From positions 10,974,001 through 11,038,000 of the forward strand of contig CM114271.1 of NCBI GenBank assembly GCA_050084515.1: a stretch of DNA of 64,000 nt, written 5' to 3'. Of this stretch, positions 37,794 to 51,049 are shown piece by piece (the first letter of the stretch is position 1; every line of letters begins with the position of its first letter). This stretch comes from Blasia pusilla. Lineage: Eukaryota. Position numbers and translations under genes: made by a program. The notes below the pieces were generated by a model. It was not told where the DNA came from, made no database searches, and saw nothing but the letters and a program-made list of their open reading frames with translations.

Positions 37794-40701
37794 CGGAGCT
37801 GCACGGGTCGTCCGTCGTAAGAAGTGGACGCAGCAAGCTCGCTTTGTGCTACCGAAGCCGAGCAGCACTTAAGAGAGGCACCTTGCAGTACTCAAGGAAG
37901 AGGGCTTTTTTCTCAATTGACTGCCTGACATGACACAGCCCAGATAATTGAAACCCACTTTACATTTTGGGGAAACGACCGCTTAATCAATCTTTTACTT
38001 ACGCAGAAACAACACCATTAGTTTCCTCGGTTATGAAGACTAGTTAACTTAGCAACACCATTAGTCTCCCTCGGTTAGCTTACCCGTGCCTCCATTCGAA
38101 AAATATTTTTTTTATAATTTTAAAGTATTTTCATTTCAGAATTTTTATTTAAAAAAATGTATTTTAAAAATAAATTCATTTTTTAATTAATTTTGCTTTT
38201 TAATTAAAACTTCAAGAATACTCAATTCCCCTTCATAATTGTATCCCTCCATGAATTAGAATATATCCATTTTATTATAAAATAAATTTCAAAAGAGGAG
38301 TCAAAAAATATATAAAAGAAAATAACAACAAGCCAACTCAAACAACGGCTCAACGAACTACACGATTGATAGCTTGAAACAAATTTCACAAGAATAATTA
38401 AAAGTTTAAACAGCACCTATTCTTCACTTTCCCACCAAAATAACATCCACTAACTTAATCATTAGTCTATTTTAATTATTAAAATCATTTCCTTTTTTCA
38501 TTAAATTATATTTTAATAATTATATTTTCATTTAAAAATTTTAATAGATTTTATGCTTTCTTAAATCTTAAGAGAATAATAAATTTTCACTCTTCTAAGT
38601 AATTGCACCACTCAATTAAAATTTAAATAATACCCCACTCTCCTAAATAGTTGCACCCTTCCATAAAGTTTACACAATACATATTCCTCCCATTAAAATC
38701 GCACTCCTTAATTAATTTTAATAAGTATAATTATTTCCTTCTTCCATTCAAATTTTTTTCCCTTCACATCAAATATGAATCAAGGGAAAAAATTACATAC
38801 GTGTTGCTATTTTGTCTTATTATTCCACTATTTTTTCTTATTGTATATATAGGGTCCCATTATAACATTTATATAATATAATATTTAAAATATAAATATA
38901 TAGATATAAATTGGCTAGAATGCAATTTAGGATAAAAATCAATGAAGTATAATAGTTTTTTAATACACTACAAGCTCTCATTCTCGGTCAAGAAAGTATG
39001 GTACAATGACAAAATGTAGCATCGGTAGGGAATCAACCCATTATGAACCAGATACCCACATTTTGAGAACTTCCTCCATAACATTGGTGGAGTATTTCAC
39101 TCCTTTGCATCATAGCATGCAAATTTCTGGCATCTACACAATTTGTACTCAAGGGAGAAATGTTTGGTAATCTCAAGATGTTGGATCCAGATAGGGCTCA
39201 ATTAAACAATGTTATGCGCATACACATCCCCGAACAATCCATGTCACGTTTGTTAGGATAGATCGACGAGATATAATAGAGCCCCTCCGGAGATACTTGA
39301 GTACAACCTCAGGAGGTTGAGGATGACCTGTTGAGGGCACGTGTAACCTGAAAGAGCAGGTTTCCCTTCGTTTTGGCTCATTTGGAGCCATATTGAAGAA
39401 TTTCGGTAAATTACCATTTTGGCATAATTTACTTTCCACTTTGGGAAGTGACCCTTGACCCGCTACAGCAGGTCAAGAGACAAGGAGGTGATCTGCGAGC
39501 ATAGCTTACCATGAAGAGGGCTTGGGAGAGGGAAGGGGATATACCTCTGTAATGTACAACTCAAGGAAAAGATACTCCTTTAATCACAAAGTATTAAGTT
39601 TGTTCCCAAGAGATGACTTTTTCTTGAGTAAAGAGAGGTTTTATAAGAATTATAAGCAATTTCTTCTTCACTAAGCACTTTTTGTGCAAATACACATCGT
39701 TGCCAACATACATCGGTTGTCATGCACACACATGTCTAAGATCCATCTAACTATGAATCCTAACATCTCTACACATGAATGACTGGACAACCCCAATATA
39801 AAGTTGAATACGCATTGTAAACTCTGAAGAAATCTACAATCAAGTGTGCTTCATCCAAACAGCCATACTCATGATTCAGATACACCCTAGTGTAACAGCA
39901 AGAGAAAGTATGCACAAGAATTCCCAAAATGTGTGATCTCCTTATTGATCATTCCTAGCCCACTCTTCAAGAGAGAATCTAGGCTCAATACATGCAAGCT
40001 GCGCTGTATCACGGATCCCAACAAGGATCTGCAATCCTAAGGAGATGAGCTCCAGATGAGCCTCATCCAAGGTACACCTCCTTGGGCACCTCCGTGGGTG
40101 ACCTGTACACAGAGGTCACCTCCCTCCTAGCAGGTCAGTACCAACCTATAGTACACCCATACTAACTCCCAAACAACCAGGGTCCGGGGAGGTTTTTGCC
40201 GAAAACCCGCTGGTTGCCGGAAAACCTTAAAGTAGGACGGTTCTAGGGAAATGTTAATCGGCAAAAAAAGGCAGCAAATTTTTCAGCCGGCAAATATCTG
40301 ATATATTATTTTTTTCCCAGTGATTATCCTTCTTTTGAAAAACTTTCCCGAAAAATTTCAAAAACTTTTCAGACAACCTCGGAAACTTTCCGGTAGCTAG
40401 AATATGAACCGGCTAAACAAATTTTTGGCCCTCTGTACATTTTCCCCATTCAGATTTCTTGCTCAAGCACTTCTTACACTCACTCCATGATTTCTTCTAA
40501 TTCCTGGTTCCATCTCCTTGGGTCCCTAAACTATTTCCTCCCTAAACCCCACATGTAATATCCTTGGCAGGAATTGAACTTGGCCTGGCCTCCACCCAAC
40601 CGGGAGCCAAGGATCCTACCCCTTCATAATACATTGAAGATTTAGAACAAAACTTCAATGTATTATGAAAGGGACCTCTCACATCTCTCTTTTCCCACCA
40701 A

Positions 40702-42960
40702 CTAAACATTTGAAATTGGGGCACTTGGAGAATCCTCTTCTACATTTGCAACTTCCAATGGAGTATCATGCTTACCTTTCACATATTTCTCTGGATTAGA
40801 ATACACATATCTGAAGTTAGCAGAATTTTTCCAAAGAATTACTGATTCTACCAACAAATCCTCGTAATCAAGTATCTTACCCTCTAAAGCTATCCTGAGA
40901 ACAACATCTAAATGCTTAGTCGTCAATCGATTCCGACTTTTTGTTTTGATCAAATTCTGCACAAAGAAAGCTCTCTCACAAATTGCAGTACTCACACATT
41001 GTACCCTAGCAATGTTAGCTAATACAAGCAAATTAGAGAACTTACATTGCAGAGATGGGCTCCAACTTACCATTGCCCACAAATCTCGAAAGTTTCTATC
41101 TTTCCATTCTGTGGTGGCCATGAGCTTAAAGGATTGGAACTCAGACTTCACACTTGCTGAATTCACAAGAGGTGGTTGCAAGTGACCCCTACAAGGCGTT
41201 TCCCTTCCAAAATGTGCACAAAGATCATCCACTTCTTTGCAACCCCAACTATTCAACCCTACTAACCTTGAGGGCATATGAAGAGGATTCAGAATTTTCA
41301 TTGCACCTATCAAACTATTATCCCTAAATCTATCATGTAAGGCTACACATACATTCTCAGCAAAGTTCTTTTGGAAAGTTAGAGCATCCTGTAAATCCTT
41401 TCCCGTACGATCTCTCGATATTTCAATGCTATGGAACTTTCTTCCCCTAATCTCAGATTGCAGTCGTTTCAGGTATCCACCAGGAGGTCCAAAATCAGGT
41501 AAGAGATAATAACTCTTTTCTTCAGAGAATGTAGAAGCATTCAAGTCATGATTCTCCATTACAAAGGTCATTGTAATAGAGGCTATCTCAGAATTCACAA
41601 TACTACCAATAGTACTAACATCTACAAATTTGTATTGGAAAACCTTACTCAAATTACCAAGGATAAACAATATGTCTGCCAAAAAGTACAACTGATAGAT
41701 CATTTCAAATGATCTAAGCTTGTTGTACATGTTAGTAGCATTACCATCATCTTCAGAGCGGGGAATGTCCCTGAAATAGGTGAGAACAGATTCGAGGGAG
41801 TCACACAAACTAGTCACGGCTTGCCATCGAGACAACCAACGAATTTTATGATATCTCCTCATGACCTTCTGAGAGTCATTCAACTTCTCTTGCAAAGTTG
41901 CAAGAGCACACTTCCTCTTTGAGGACCTTCTAAAGTATCCACTCTGAGAATTCAAGATGGAATCAATCTCTATATATACATCTTTACAACCTGGTCCTTT
42001 GGCTGTTGTCAAAGAAGCAAGATTGGTCCTATGTGCAACACAATGTACAGAGAGCAAAAATGGGTTTGCTTTCAACTTCAACTGAGATGCTACTCCATTC
42101 TGACTACCTACCATAGTTGAGGCTCCGTCTGATCCAAAAGCCACCATATTTGAACTGTCTAGTCCCGAGTCCTTGATCAACTCCAAAAGATTGTTAGTAA
42201 TGGCATTTGAACACTTCTCTGGACATTGCAACAATCCTAAGAACAATTCTCAACCCGCCCTTCTAACAAGTAAGTTGCAAATACAACAAGATGGCCCGTT
42301 CTTGAAATATCGTGGACTCTCGTCAATCATGATCCCAAAGAAAGGAGATTGTTGAACTTTTGAAAGTGTCCTTCTATGCACTACTCCGATGATATAATAA
42401 AGATATCAAAGACAAGTCTTCTCATCTTGGTATAAATCTCGGGTGATTGGTGTATTCACTGAGAGTAACAACTTACACAGATTCGGGAATTTGGCAAAAG
42501 CCAATGATTCCTTGGCGATGAAGTATGCACACTTGAACAATGTTAACAAGGCTTCGTCACAAGTCCGATTAGTAGTGGCAATGGCCATGGCCATCGACCT
42601 GTGTCCTATATTAGCAGCCCAAGAAAGTTTCATATGCTCAATCGATTTGCCATGATCTGTAAAGGCTGAAACCTTACAGTTTATGGCACCATCCCTTGCA
42701 AAGGAATTCTTACCCTTTCCTTGTCTACAAACCTTACAAAATATTCTACCAGATTCCGCATGAAACTCTATCTAGTCAAATAAGCTATACCAGACATCCT
42801 TCCAAGCCAGTTGATTCTTCTCAATTAGACTACTGGAAGGAGTACAAGAATTCCCATTTTCCCTCCCATCCGAGGACCATGACCGACTCGAGTTCTCAGT
42901 AAAGTCTTGGCTTACGTCTTTGGCCAACATTTCGCTCATGGTTCGCTGTCTCTTAGCCAT
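40702..42960 (-). pseudogene. hAT transposase (ZNF862-like), disrupted at the N-terminus
   Basis: ORF 40702-42246 (514 aa) has FGSDGASTMVG, HCVAHRTNL, IRWLS and STAICERAF..NLIKTKSRNRL (dimerisation region). Upstream fragments 42406-42633 and 42772-42960 are separated by stops or frameshifts. Confidence 0.9.
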
Positions 42961-43679
42961 ATCTCAGACAATGAAGGCTCGGAGCAGAAGGCCGAAGTCA
43001 GAAAACCCAAGACTCGAACCTAAATCACTCTCTGTTGCCAAACCCAAGAGCAAAGCAGACCCCGAATCAAGATAAAGAACGATAAATAGGGCCTCTGACT
43101 TGCGAGGGTGCCAAACCCGAGTGCAAAGCAGACCCCGAATCCTAAACCTAAACCCTGTCACGAAAGTCTAAACATCAAAGTGTAAACAGCGTAAACCCTG
43201 TCACGAAAGTGTAAACATGCCACTGTCACAATGAATCTGAGCAGTGAGCGGAATGAGCGGATGCTCGTTGACAGAAATACACTCGAGAGAGCCTCCGGTC
43301 ACAGCGGCTCACGTCGAGTTTAGAACTGTGGGCCGTGGCTGCCCGCTGCCGTGGCGTCTTTCCTTCCGGATGCTAACGATGGAGCACCGATAGTAGCCGA
43401 CTCATCCGAGTAATGTAAACAAAGAAGAAAGTGATAAGGATTCGCAGCACTAGTGCAAGAGCAGCAATACAAGAGCAGCAATGCAAGAGCAGCAATACAA
43501 GAGCAGCAAGACAGACAGTGCAAGATTGCAAATCACGCTCGAGTCACTCGACCCGCTCGAGCTGCGCCGTGACACAGTCTGGAATGAAAGAGCAGCAAGA
43601 CAGACAGGTGCAAGTCACTGCAAGATTGCAAATCCCGCCGAGCCGCTGTGATGACACGATACCGCTTGGTAGCAACCGC

Positions 43680-44240
43680 GAATGGACCCCTTCGGCGAAT
43701 GAAAGAGCAAAGAAGATGAGGCGAGGTGCAACACTGCAAGATTGCAAATCCCGCTCGAGCTGCGTAGTGAGCGAATGGACCCACCCCCTTCGACGACAGA
43801 TAGGTGCAACACCAGTGAGCGAATGGACCCCCTTCGGCGACAAAAAGGTGCAACACTGCAAGATTGCAAATCTCGCTCGAGCTGCGCAGTGAGCGAATGG
43901 ACCCCCTTCGGCGACAGACAGGTGCAACACTGCAAGTGCAAGATTGCAAATCCCGCTCGAGCTGCGCAATGAGCGAATGGACCCCCTTCGGCGACAGACA
44001 GGTGCAACACTGCAAGTGCAAGATTGCAAATCCCGCTCGAGCTGCGCAGTGAGCGAATGGACCTCCTTCGGCGAGAGACAGGTGCGACACTGCAAGTGCA
44101 AGATTGCAAATCCCGCTCGAGCTGCGCAGTGAGCAAATGGACCTCCTTCGGCGACAGACAGGTGCGACACTACAAGTGCAAGATTGCAAATCCCGCTCGA
44201 GTTGCGCAGTGAGCGAATGGACCCCCTTCGACGAATGCAG
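43680..44240. repeat. 80-bp minisatellite inside the hAT element
   Basis: Unit GCAAGATTGCAAATCCCGCTCGAGCTGCGCAGTGAGCGAATGGACCCCCTTCGGCGACAGACAGGTGCAACACTGCAAGT. ORF starts at 43864, 43944, 44024, 44104 and 44184 show the 80-bp period. Confidence 0.95.
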
Positions 44241-45049
44241 CATTGTAGCCAACCCTCGGACTCTCGGACGAGTCGGACGAGTCGGACCGACTCGAACGGT
44301 CTCGGAGTCTCGGAGTCTCGGACGAAGTCGCACGACTCGCACCTCAGATGCTTGGTCACCCGAGTGGGCCGACAGTCACCGACTCACCCCCACAGGGCCC
44401 CGCCGCCCCACTCACTCGCAGTCTCGCTCCCTAACATTCCTTCGGCCCTGACGGCTGCTCTACATCGGACGGCCATGATCACCGCATGAGAATCTAAAGG
44501 TTCTCACCTATTATCTGGTTTTCCGACCACCTGAAAGTGGGCCAGCAAAATACCGATCGCCGTGAAATGCATTCCGGATGGAATCCAGGGGAAGTGACCG
44601 GCAGCTGCAACATTCCGGCGTAGTCCTCCCGGGAAACGGCACATTTTCGGCTTAAGAAATGCCGGCCATCCGTTAACAGGAATATCCTCTGATGCCGTCG
44701 GAATCTTAGCCGGCTAATTTTCCCGGGCGTCGTCAATTCCTGATTTTAACCATCAAGATTTACTCACGTTGCCGGTTCTCCCCGGACGTTGCAAACAACT
44801 ACACATGTGGTCCCCTCATGAGACCAAGTACCAACTGACCCACGACCTATAGGTCCAAGTGGAGGCACATGGCTGGGAAGGTCAACCTCTCCAAGGTTGC
44901 CACTCCTCATAAAGGGAAGGGTGACCTACACTCGTAGGTCACCTCCTAAGAGCAGGTCACATAAGACCTCTGAAAATAGGTAAGTACAAGACCCCTCTAA
45001 GGCCTCGATACTATCTCGCCCTATGCCTCATCTACCATGACACACTTCA

Positions 45050-46116
45050 CTAACTTCACATTGCCTTCACTAGTGCAAAAGATTAAATGGTTTTCTTCCC
45101 TCCAAGCACTACTCTTCTCAAGTGCAGGGGAAGAATCCTGCGAACAAGGACAAAAAAAGGACCTCAAAGATACCTCAAGAAGGTTGCGGCTCATCCTACT
45201 TTTAGAACTTAATCTATCACGGCAAGTTACTCACTGTCTAATAGCTTTCATACGCTCTTCTCGATTATCCTTCTGAAATTCTGAAATCAAAGACTCTATA
45301 CTCCTCCTCACGACAACCCAATAAGATTGAAAATTTCTTCCGCACATCAACAAGAATGAATAAGGACACTTCTACTGCATCAAAAAGTAGAGGAAACTAG
45401 AAAGCCGTACAAGTTTTAGAGCGCACTAGAGTCTTCGGCTTGGATCATCCCCAAAGACTTCTTCACACAATTAACGATAATACTGGAAACTCAAGACCCC
45501 ATGCTTTTGTGCTCTATTCTTTAAATAGTCTCTTACAATCTCTTACAATTCGTGCCTCTTTTTATTCTCATCTAGATTTTCAACTGTTAACCCCGCGGTT
45601 CAGACCCTCCAACCCTTCACTTCTCTTAAGTCGGTTGGTGTCTCTTCCTCTTCCAATGAAACTGTGGCGCCCCTCCATTTCTACCTTCTGAAACTATCAC
45701 GACGGTCCATTATTTACAGTCTTCGTTGGGCGCGAAGCACTCATATCCTATCTTCGTGAAGCACTCCTATCCTAACTTTGCGAAGACTATACTACTGTTG
45801 CTACCACCGCGAAGAAGTTCTCCTCGCAACCTTCCTTTCCTCCGTTTTCTTCAAAAACATTATTCCTCTTCATATTCCTACTCTTCATACATCTTTCTAC
45901 TTTGTGAGACGCTTGCTGATTCCTTCTTCATCTTTCTTCTGCTTCTTTTCTTTCTTAGTCTTCGCTCTTTGGTCTTCGTTATTTGGTCTTCGTCTATTCA
46001 TATTTACAATATTCTACAAAATCTTCAATATTCAATCTTCCTTCAAAAAGTCTTTTACCTATTTGTGTACAAAAAACATTGCAACTACAAAATGTTCAAA
46101 AGAGTGGGTTATCACA
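45050..46116 (-). mobile_element. Probable LTR remnant related to the Athila-like element
   Basis: Minus strand starts TGTGATAACCCAC (compare TGTGATACCCAC at 11074) and has similar CGAAG-rich motifs. The other boundary is uncertain. Confidence 0.45.
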
Positions 46117-46240
46117 ATCGAGAGAACTTGAGAGCTCATTCTCTCTTTGTTGAACCTCTTGGCATGAGGCGGCGGATCTATGGTCCTCCTTGCCTTGTGT
46201 GTATAACCCAAGCCTCTCATTAGGAAAGTGGGTTTGGTTT

Positions 46241-46243
<3 letters not shown>

Positions 46244-46302
<59 letters not shown>
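46244..46302 (+). repeat. (GA)n microsatellite
   Basis: About 29 GA units. Confidence 0.98.
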
Positions 46303-46305
<3 letters not shown>

Positions 46306-46316
46306 GTGAGAGTGCA

Positions 46317-47266
46317 TGTCACGACCCTCATAACCAAACGAACACCAAATAGACGCCAAGCGGAACATCAGAACTCTAGTGGACTCACACTACGATGATC
46401 GCGCTTTGGAGAGGCTTTTGGAAAGGTCTCTTGGAAACGTCCAAAAGACGAAATGTGGAATAGAGTTGTGTATTTCATGCAGTTGTGGTTGCAACCAGGA
46501 AACCTAGACCAAACCCGAACCAAGGCTTGAGATGAGTTGAGTCTAGAAAGGTTGGTTGCCAAAGAGGTGAGAACCAGTTTTGGAACACGACTAGCGTTTG
46601 GGGATTTTGATTGTGTTTTGGATCATAACGTTTAGATCCAAGATGTGTTTGGGACAAGTAAGGGCGCATTGGAAATCTTATCTCAAGACGCTTCCAACAC
46701 ATGAAAGACCTCGGAAAATGCATAAGTACAGGCTAAGATATTGGCAAAAAATGACTATGAGAGCAATCGTGTCGACAGCCAATCAGAGGGGCCCGAATGT
46801 CTTTCCCTAAAGTTAGGGGGAGGGCGGGGATCTCCAAAATTACTAGTAAGGGGAAGTCTCTCCGAGGATTCTTGGAACCCGAACCCCACTTTTAGTACCA
46901 AAGGGCATCTCAAGGGCATGAAATGGAACGGGAGTTTGGCATTGGAATTCGAAACCCAAACCCGATCCGAGGGAGTGGACTTTGTAAGCCGCACTTGGAT
47001 TCCAATCCGCGATTCATTTTCATGACTCATGGCTAGGGACTCATTGGATGTCCATTGGATAGTTAGAACCGCCAGGCATTCAAACACCATGTCGTGCGCA
47101 TACACATCATTGTCACTGAATACACACACAAACACGCACGATCCCATGCTAACTCATGGCATCCAAACAACGAGACAAGAAGTACTAAAATATCTCCAAT
47201 CACCCCCTAGCTGGTGGTTAGGTCCCTCTAACTCCAGATAGCCATCTATCCCTATCTACCATGACA
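46317..47266 (-). repeat. Putative 3' LTR of gypsy copy B
   Basis: Bounded by TGTCA...TGACA. Its 47266 end matches copy A at 29363. It may be composite (see findings). Confidence 0.6.
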
Positions 47267-47389
47267 TATATCTCTCGGACGCTAAGAACAAGAAGGCCGG
47301 GTGCTCATGTGGCCCAATCGTTAGTCGCCTTCCTGTCATCCATGTCACAGAAAAAGTGAGAATCAAAACCTACCTAGTATCTCCTCTAT

Positions 47390-49604
47390 ATACATCTGGG
47401 ACACATCCATCGTCCCCGAGGAACCCTAGTGAGAGGTGGCGTCAGACATGCCATATGCCAACCTCTCAAACATCCATCACAGACTAGCATCGTGGCCGCA
47501 CCACGGGCATAACCACACAATATAGAGGAGATACTAAGTAAGTTTTGATTCTAAGCTCGGATCTACTGTACCATCAATGTTAGGAAGGTGACATGGCGCA
47601 CAATTACGCACATGGTCCTTCCATACCATACCATCGCGTCCCTCCAGCAAGAGAACACCGGATGGCAAAACCTCACGCACTCTCAGGATAGTGAACCCTG
47701 TAGTCACATCCAACGTTGTCGGTGCCGTCTGCTGCAAGTAGACATAATCTCCCTGATGAAACCTCCGGATAGTTGGTCGATAACCACCACCCCAAATAGT
47801 CGCATACCTCAACGTATCCCAATGTTGCGCAATCGCCAAATTCTCGAACGCCATGGGCATCACTCTCCGAAACAACTCAGCCCTTTGAGAACATGCTCGC
47901 ATCCATACATCTGGGTCATCAAGATCCAGCACCTCACCAGCATCTCAACGAATGGCCGCAGGTAAATCTGGCTCTCAGCCATAAAGTAGCAAGTACGGTG
48001 AAAAAGACGCTAAGGATGCCTACCTGTTGAATCTATATCCCATCGCCAACCAGGGCAACTGAAGGTCCCAATCTCCTAGGTGACCTCTCTGCAAGCCATA
48101 CTTACGTAAACCCCTCTTCACCGTCTCCACAACTCTCTCCACTAATCCATCCGCCTCGAGATGATCTCGCGAATTCGTGCGATGGTCGATCTGCGCTTGA
48201 TCACACAAGGCCTAGAACTCACCGCGAAACTCAGTACCCTGGTCTGTCAGCACCTCTGTTGGTGCGCCATAATGACTCAGCACTTTGTCAAGGAAGGCAT
48301 AAGCTACTCCCTCACTCGCTTTGTCAAGCAATGCAACCAACTCGATCCACTTCGAGAAGTGCTCGACCATCACCAACACATAATGACTGTGACGCTCCGT
48401 CAAAGGAAAAGGTCTTGCAAAATCCAAACTCCATCTATACCCTAAGCCCATGATTGGTAATGGATGCAACTGTGGAGTCAGAGCTTTGAACGATGCTCAG
48501 ACCTGATCACACACCATGCACCTGATAGAAAACAAACTGTTGAATGTCAGTCTGCATGCCTCGCCACCAATACTGAATCTAGAGCAAGTTATACGTCCGC
48601 TTCACCCCTAAGTGACCCAACTCCTCGTAGGCATGCTGCACTAGTCGTGCTCTCTATAAAGGATGCGGCACTATGCGTACTCTGTCAACCTCCCAAACCC
48701 TCAAAACATGTGTCCCCTCCCAACGGAACCGTCTGGCCCGCTGTAGTGCTCGCAAGGCTGCCAGTACGAAGGTACTACAAGACTACTCCATCATCATGAA
48801 TATCTCGGCCATCTGTCGTCTCCTCACTGGCCTCGGGATCCATGGACTCTCCACTAGACCTCACCATCGAAGTCTCCACACTCTGGCTCTCCATAGCCAA
48901 CATGCCTAAATAGGCTGACGCGTGCCATCCTGGCACTGACTCCTCATCACTCTCTGCATGCCATCGAGCTCCACTCGCATCTCAGTGACTCAGGCATGGG
49001 TTACGACTCAACCCATATGCATCCTGGTTGAGCGTCCCAGGTCTATATACCACTTGAAAATCATACTCCTGTAACAACAGAGCCCATCTCGCAAGCTTCC
49101 TTGTAAGCTTGTCGGACTCCATCAACCACTTTAGTGGTTGATGATCAGTGATGATGGTAAAAGGGTTGCCGAATAAGTAACACCTGAAATACGACATCCC
49201 ACACTGCAGCCAAGCACTCACCCTCATACAAGCTCTACTTTTCCTCTGCAGCGTTATTCGAGCGGCTAGCGTAAGCCACCACGAAGCCTCTACCCTCATC
49301 ATCATGCTGGGTGAGCACTGCTCCAAGCCCCAACATGCTCCAATCTGTGTGCAATTGGAAAGGACGCCCCCTGATTGGTCTCCTCAAGATGGGCGCGGAC
49401 GTCAACATGTCCTTGAGCAATTGAAATGCTTGCTCTTGCTCATCCTCCCAGTGCCACTCGTGATCCACCCTGGTCAGCAAGGTCAGCGGCTTCGTAATCA
49501 AACTAAATCCCTTGACGTACCAATAGAAGTTCGCCAATCCCATGAATGCGCGAACACCGCTCACATCTGTAGGGCGTGGAATGCATGAGATGGCCTCTAC
49601 CTTT
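47390..49604 (-). pseudogene. Gypsy copy B RNase H, integrase and C-terminal PHD finger
   Basis: LHTDWS, TDHQPLKWL, RWALLLQEYDF; WSLDFA, VEHFSKWIE, TDQGTEF, GLVER; PHD LCG..TMLVCDGCLRGWHMACLTPPLTRVPRGRWMCPRC (47520-47393). Confidence 0.9.
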
Positions 49605-51049
49605 GTTTGCTGAAGGGGGCTGGTATTGTGGCATGAGAGAGAAAGAGAGGAGAGTCTCTCTTCAAAAAAAGGGGCCAAATCTGGCTCCTCTCTTCAAACT
49701 TTTTGACATATTTGAAATTTTGTTTTGCTTTCAAATTCATGAAATCTTTAGAAGAGAGTAGGTAGTGGTCCACATTTGGGCCTAAAGAAACCTCCTTTTT
49801 CCAGGGGGCAAAAAACAAGTAGACATCATAAGACCACTACAAACATTTTTCCATCACGCTCCATGTGAGCCTAAGTTTCTTCACATTGCCTATCTTAGTC
49901 TACAACAAGCTGTGCCCAGGGGTATTTTTGTTGGAGGACCACCCGGATGCGCATCGGTATGATGCCAACCTCTCTTTTTGCAGGGATTGTTGCGTGTATC
50001 ATGGCCTCCCCTGAATTGCCCCATAATGAATGGTGTCTGCTCAAGATCAACTTTGTGAAATGTGAACACACGAGACGATAATTGAACCAAAAGATTGTTA
50101 GATGTCTGGAGTAAAGAGGAACTAATGTCCCTTCATTCAGATCCTAAATCTGAGAAACCGAGAAGTTGCACCCCTCCCAGTACGTCAAAATTTTACAGGT
50201 TGCAACTCTTGCAACCCGTCGGAATCAGATGGCTTGCACCCCTTGCAATCAAGCTCCCCATAACAAAGGAAAGATTTTGAGAAGTGATTCCATTCCACCT
50301 TGCACCCACAAAAATCCAACAGGTTGGGAATCCAAAATGGCAATCCGAGAGGTAGTAGGAATCCAACACGTCTTAGAGAAGAAAAGAAGTCTATGACTGG
50401 TTTGACGATACTAGGGGAACGAGCAAAAAGTGAAGAAGCCCGCCACAATGCCTCAGAAGTTGGTCTCACAGGGAAAGAGTCCGATCACTCAAGCGACCAA
50501 CTGTCGAATCGACTGACTTGCCCGAAATGGTTAAAAAGTTGCAGTGGTCAAAAAGTGAAAAGTTGCAACCCGTCGAAATCAGACGGGTTGCAAAATAAGC
50601 ATTATGAGTAGCTAGACTAACACAATCGACAAGTCCAAAAAAATATTCAGCAAAATTTTACAAACACCATTATCATTTGAAAAATCTTGTCATTTATTAC
50701 ATTCGATGGAAGCTCGGAAATGTACATTTGATCTAGTCTATGATTTCTTCAGCCTCTTCATCTACAAATTTACTCCTAACTCTCCTAGGTTCATGTACAC
50801 AAGGAATGTCCTGGGATACAAGTGGCTCCTCTGGTCGATTGTAGACCGAGATAAAAAATGTTGGCGAATTCGAGAGCCTTGGCCCCCCCCTAGGTACACC
50901 ATAATGGTCCCATGTAACCTGATTTGAGTCCCACCGCCTTCCTCGGAAATATATCTTGTACGATCTGCAAGGTGACACCCATCTAGTATCAATATGTGCT
51001 CCGTCCTTGGAAACACCATCATGGCAATCCGACAGGTAATCCAATAGGA

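Larger units (their letters stand above)
40178..44791 (-). mobile_element. hAT DNA transposon
   Basis: Imperfect TIRs CAGGGTCCGGGGAG / CAACGTCCGGGGAG. Perfect 8-bp TSD CAAACAAC (40170-40177 / 44792-44799). Encodes a hAT transposase. Confidence 0.95.

Noticed and set aside
38100-38960. Short hydrophobic ORFs upstream of gamma-COP
   Set aside because: This is very AT-rich low-complexity intergenic DNA with no recognisable motifs.
43431-44489. Long overlapping ORFs in several frames
   Set aside because: These are artefacts of the stop-poor 80-bp tandem repeat, and the translations are periodic.
45726-46368. Membrane-like and SLSLSL ORFs
   Set aside because: They derive from a CT-rich LTR-like remnant and the (GA)n microsatellite.
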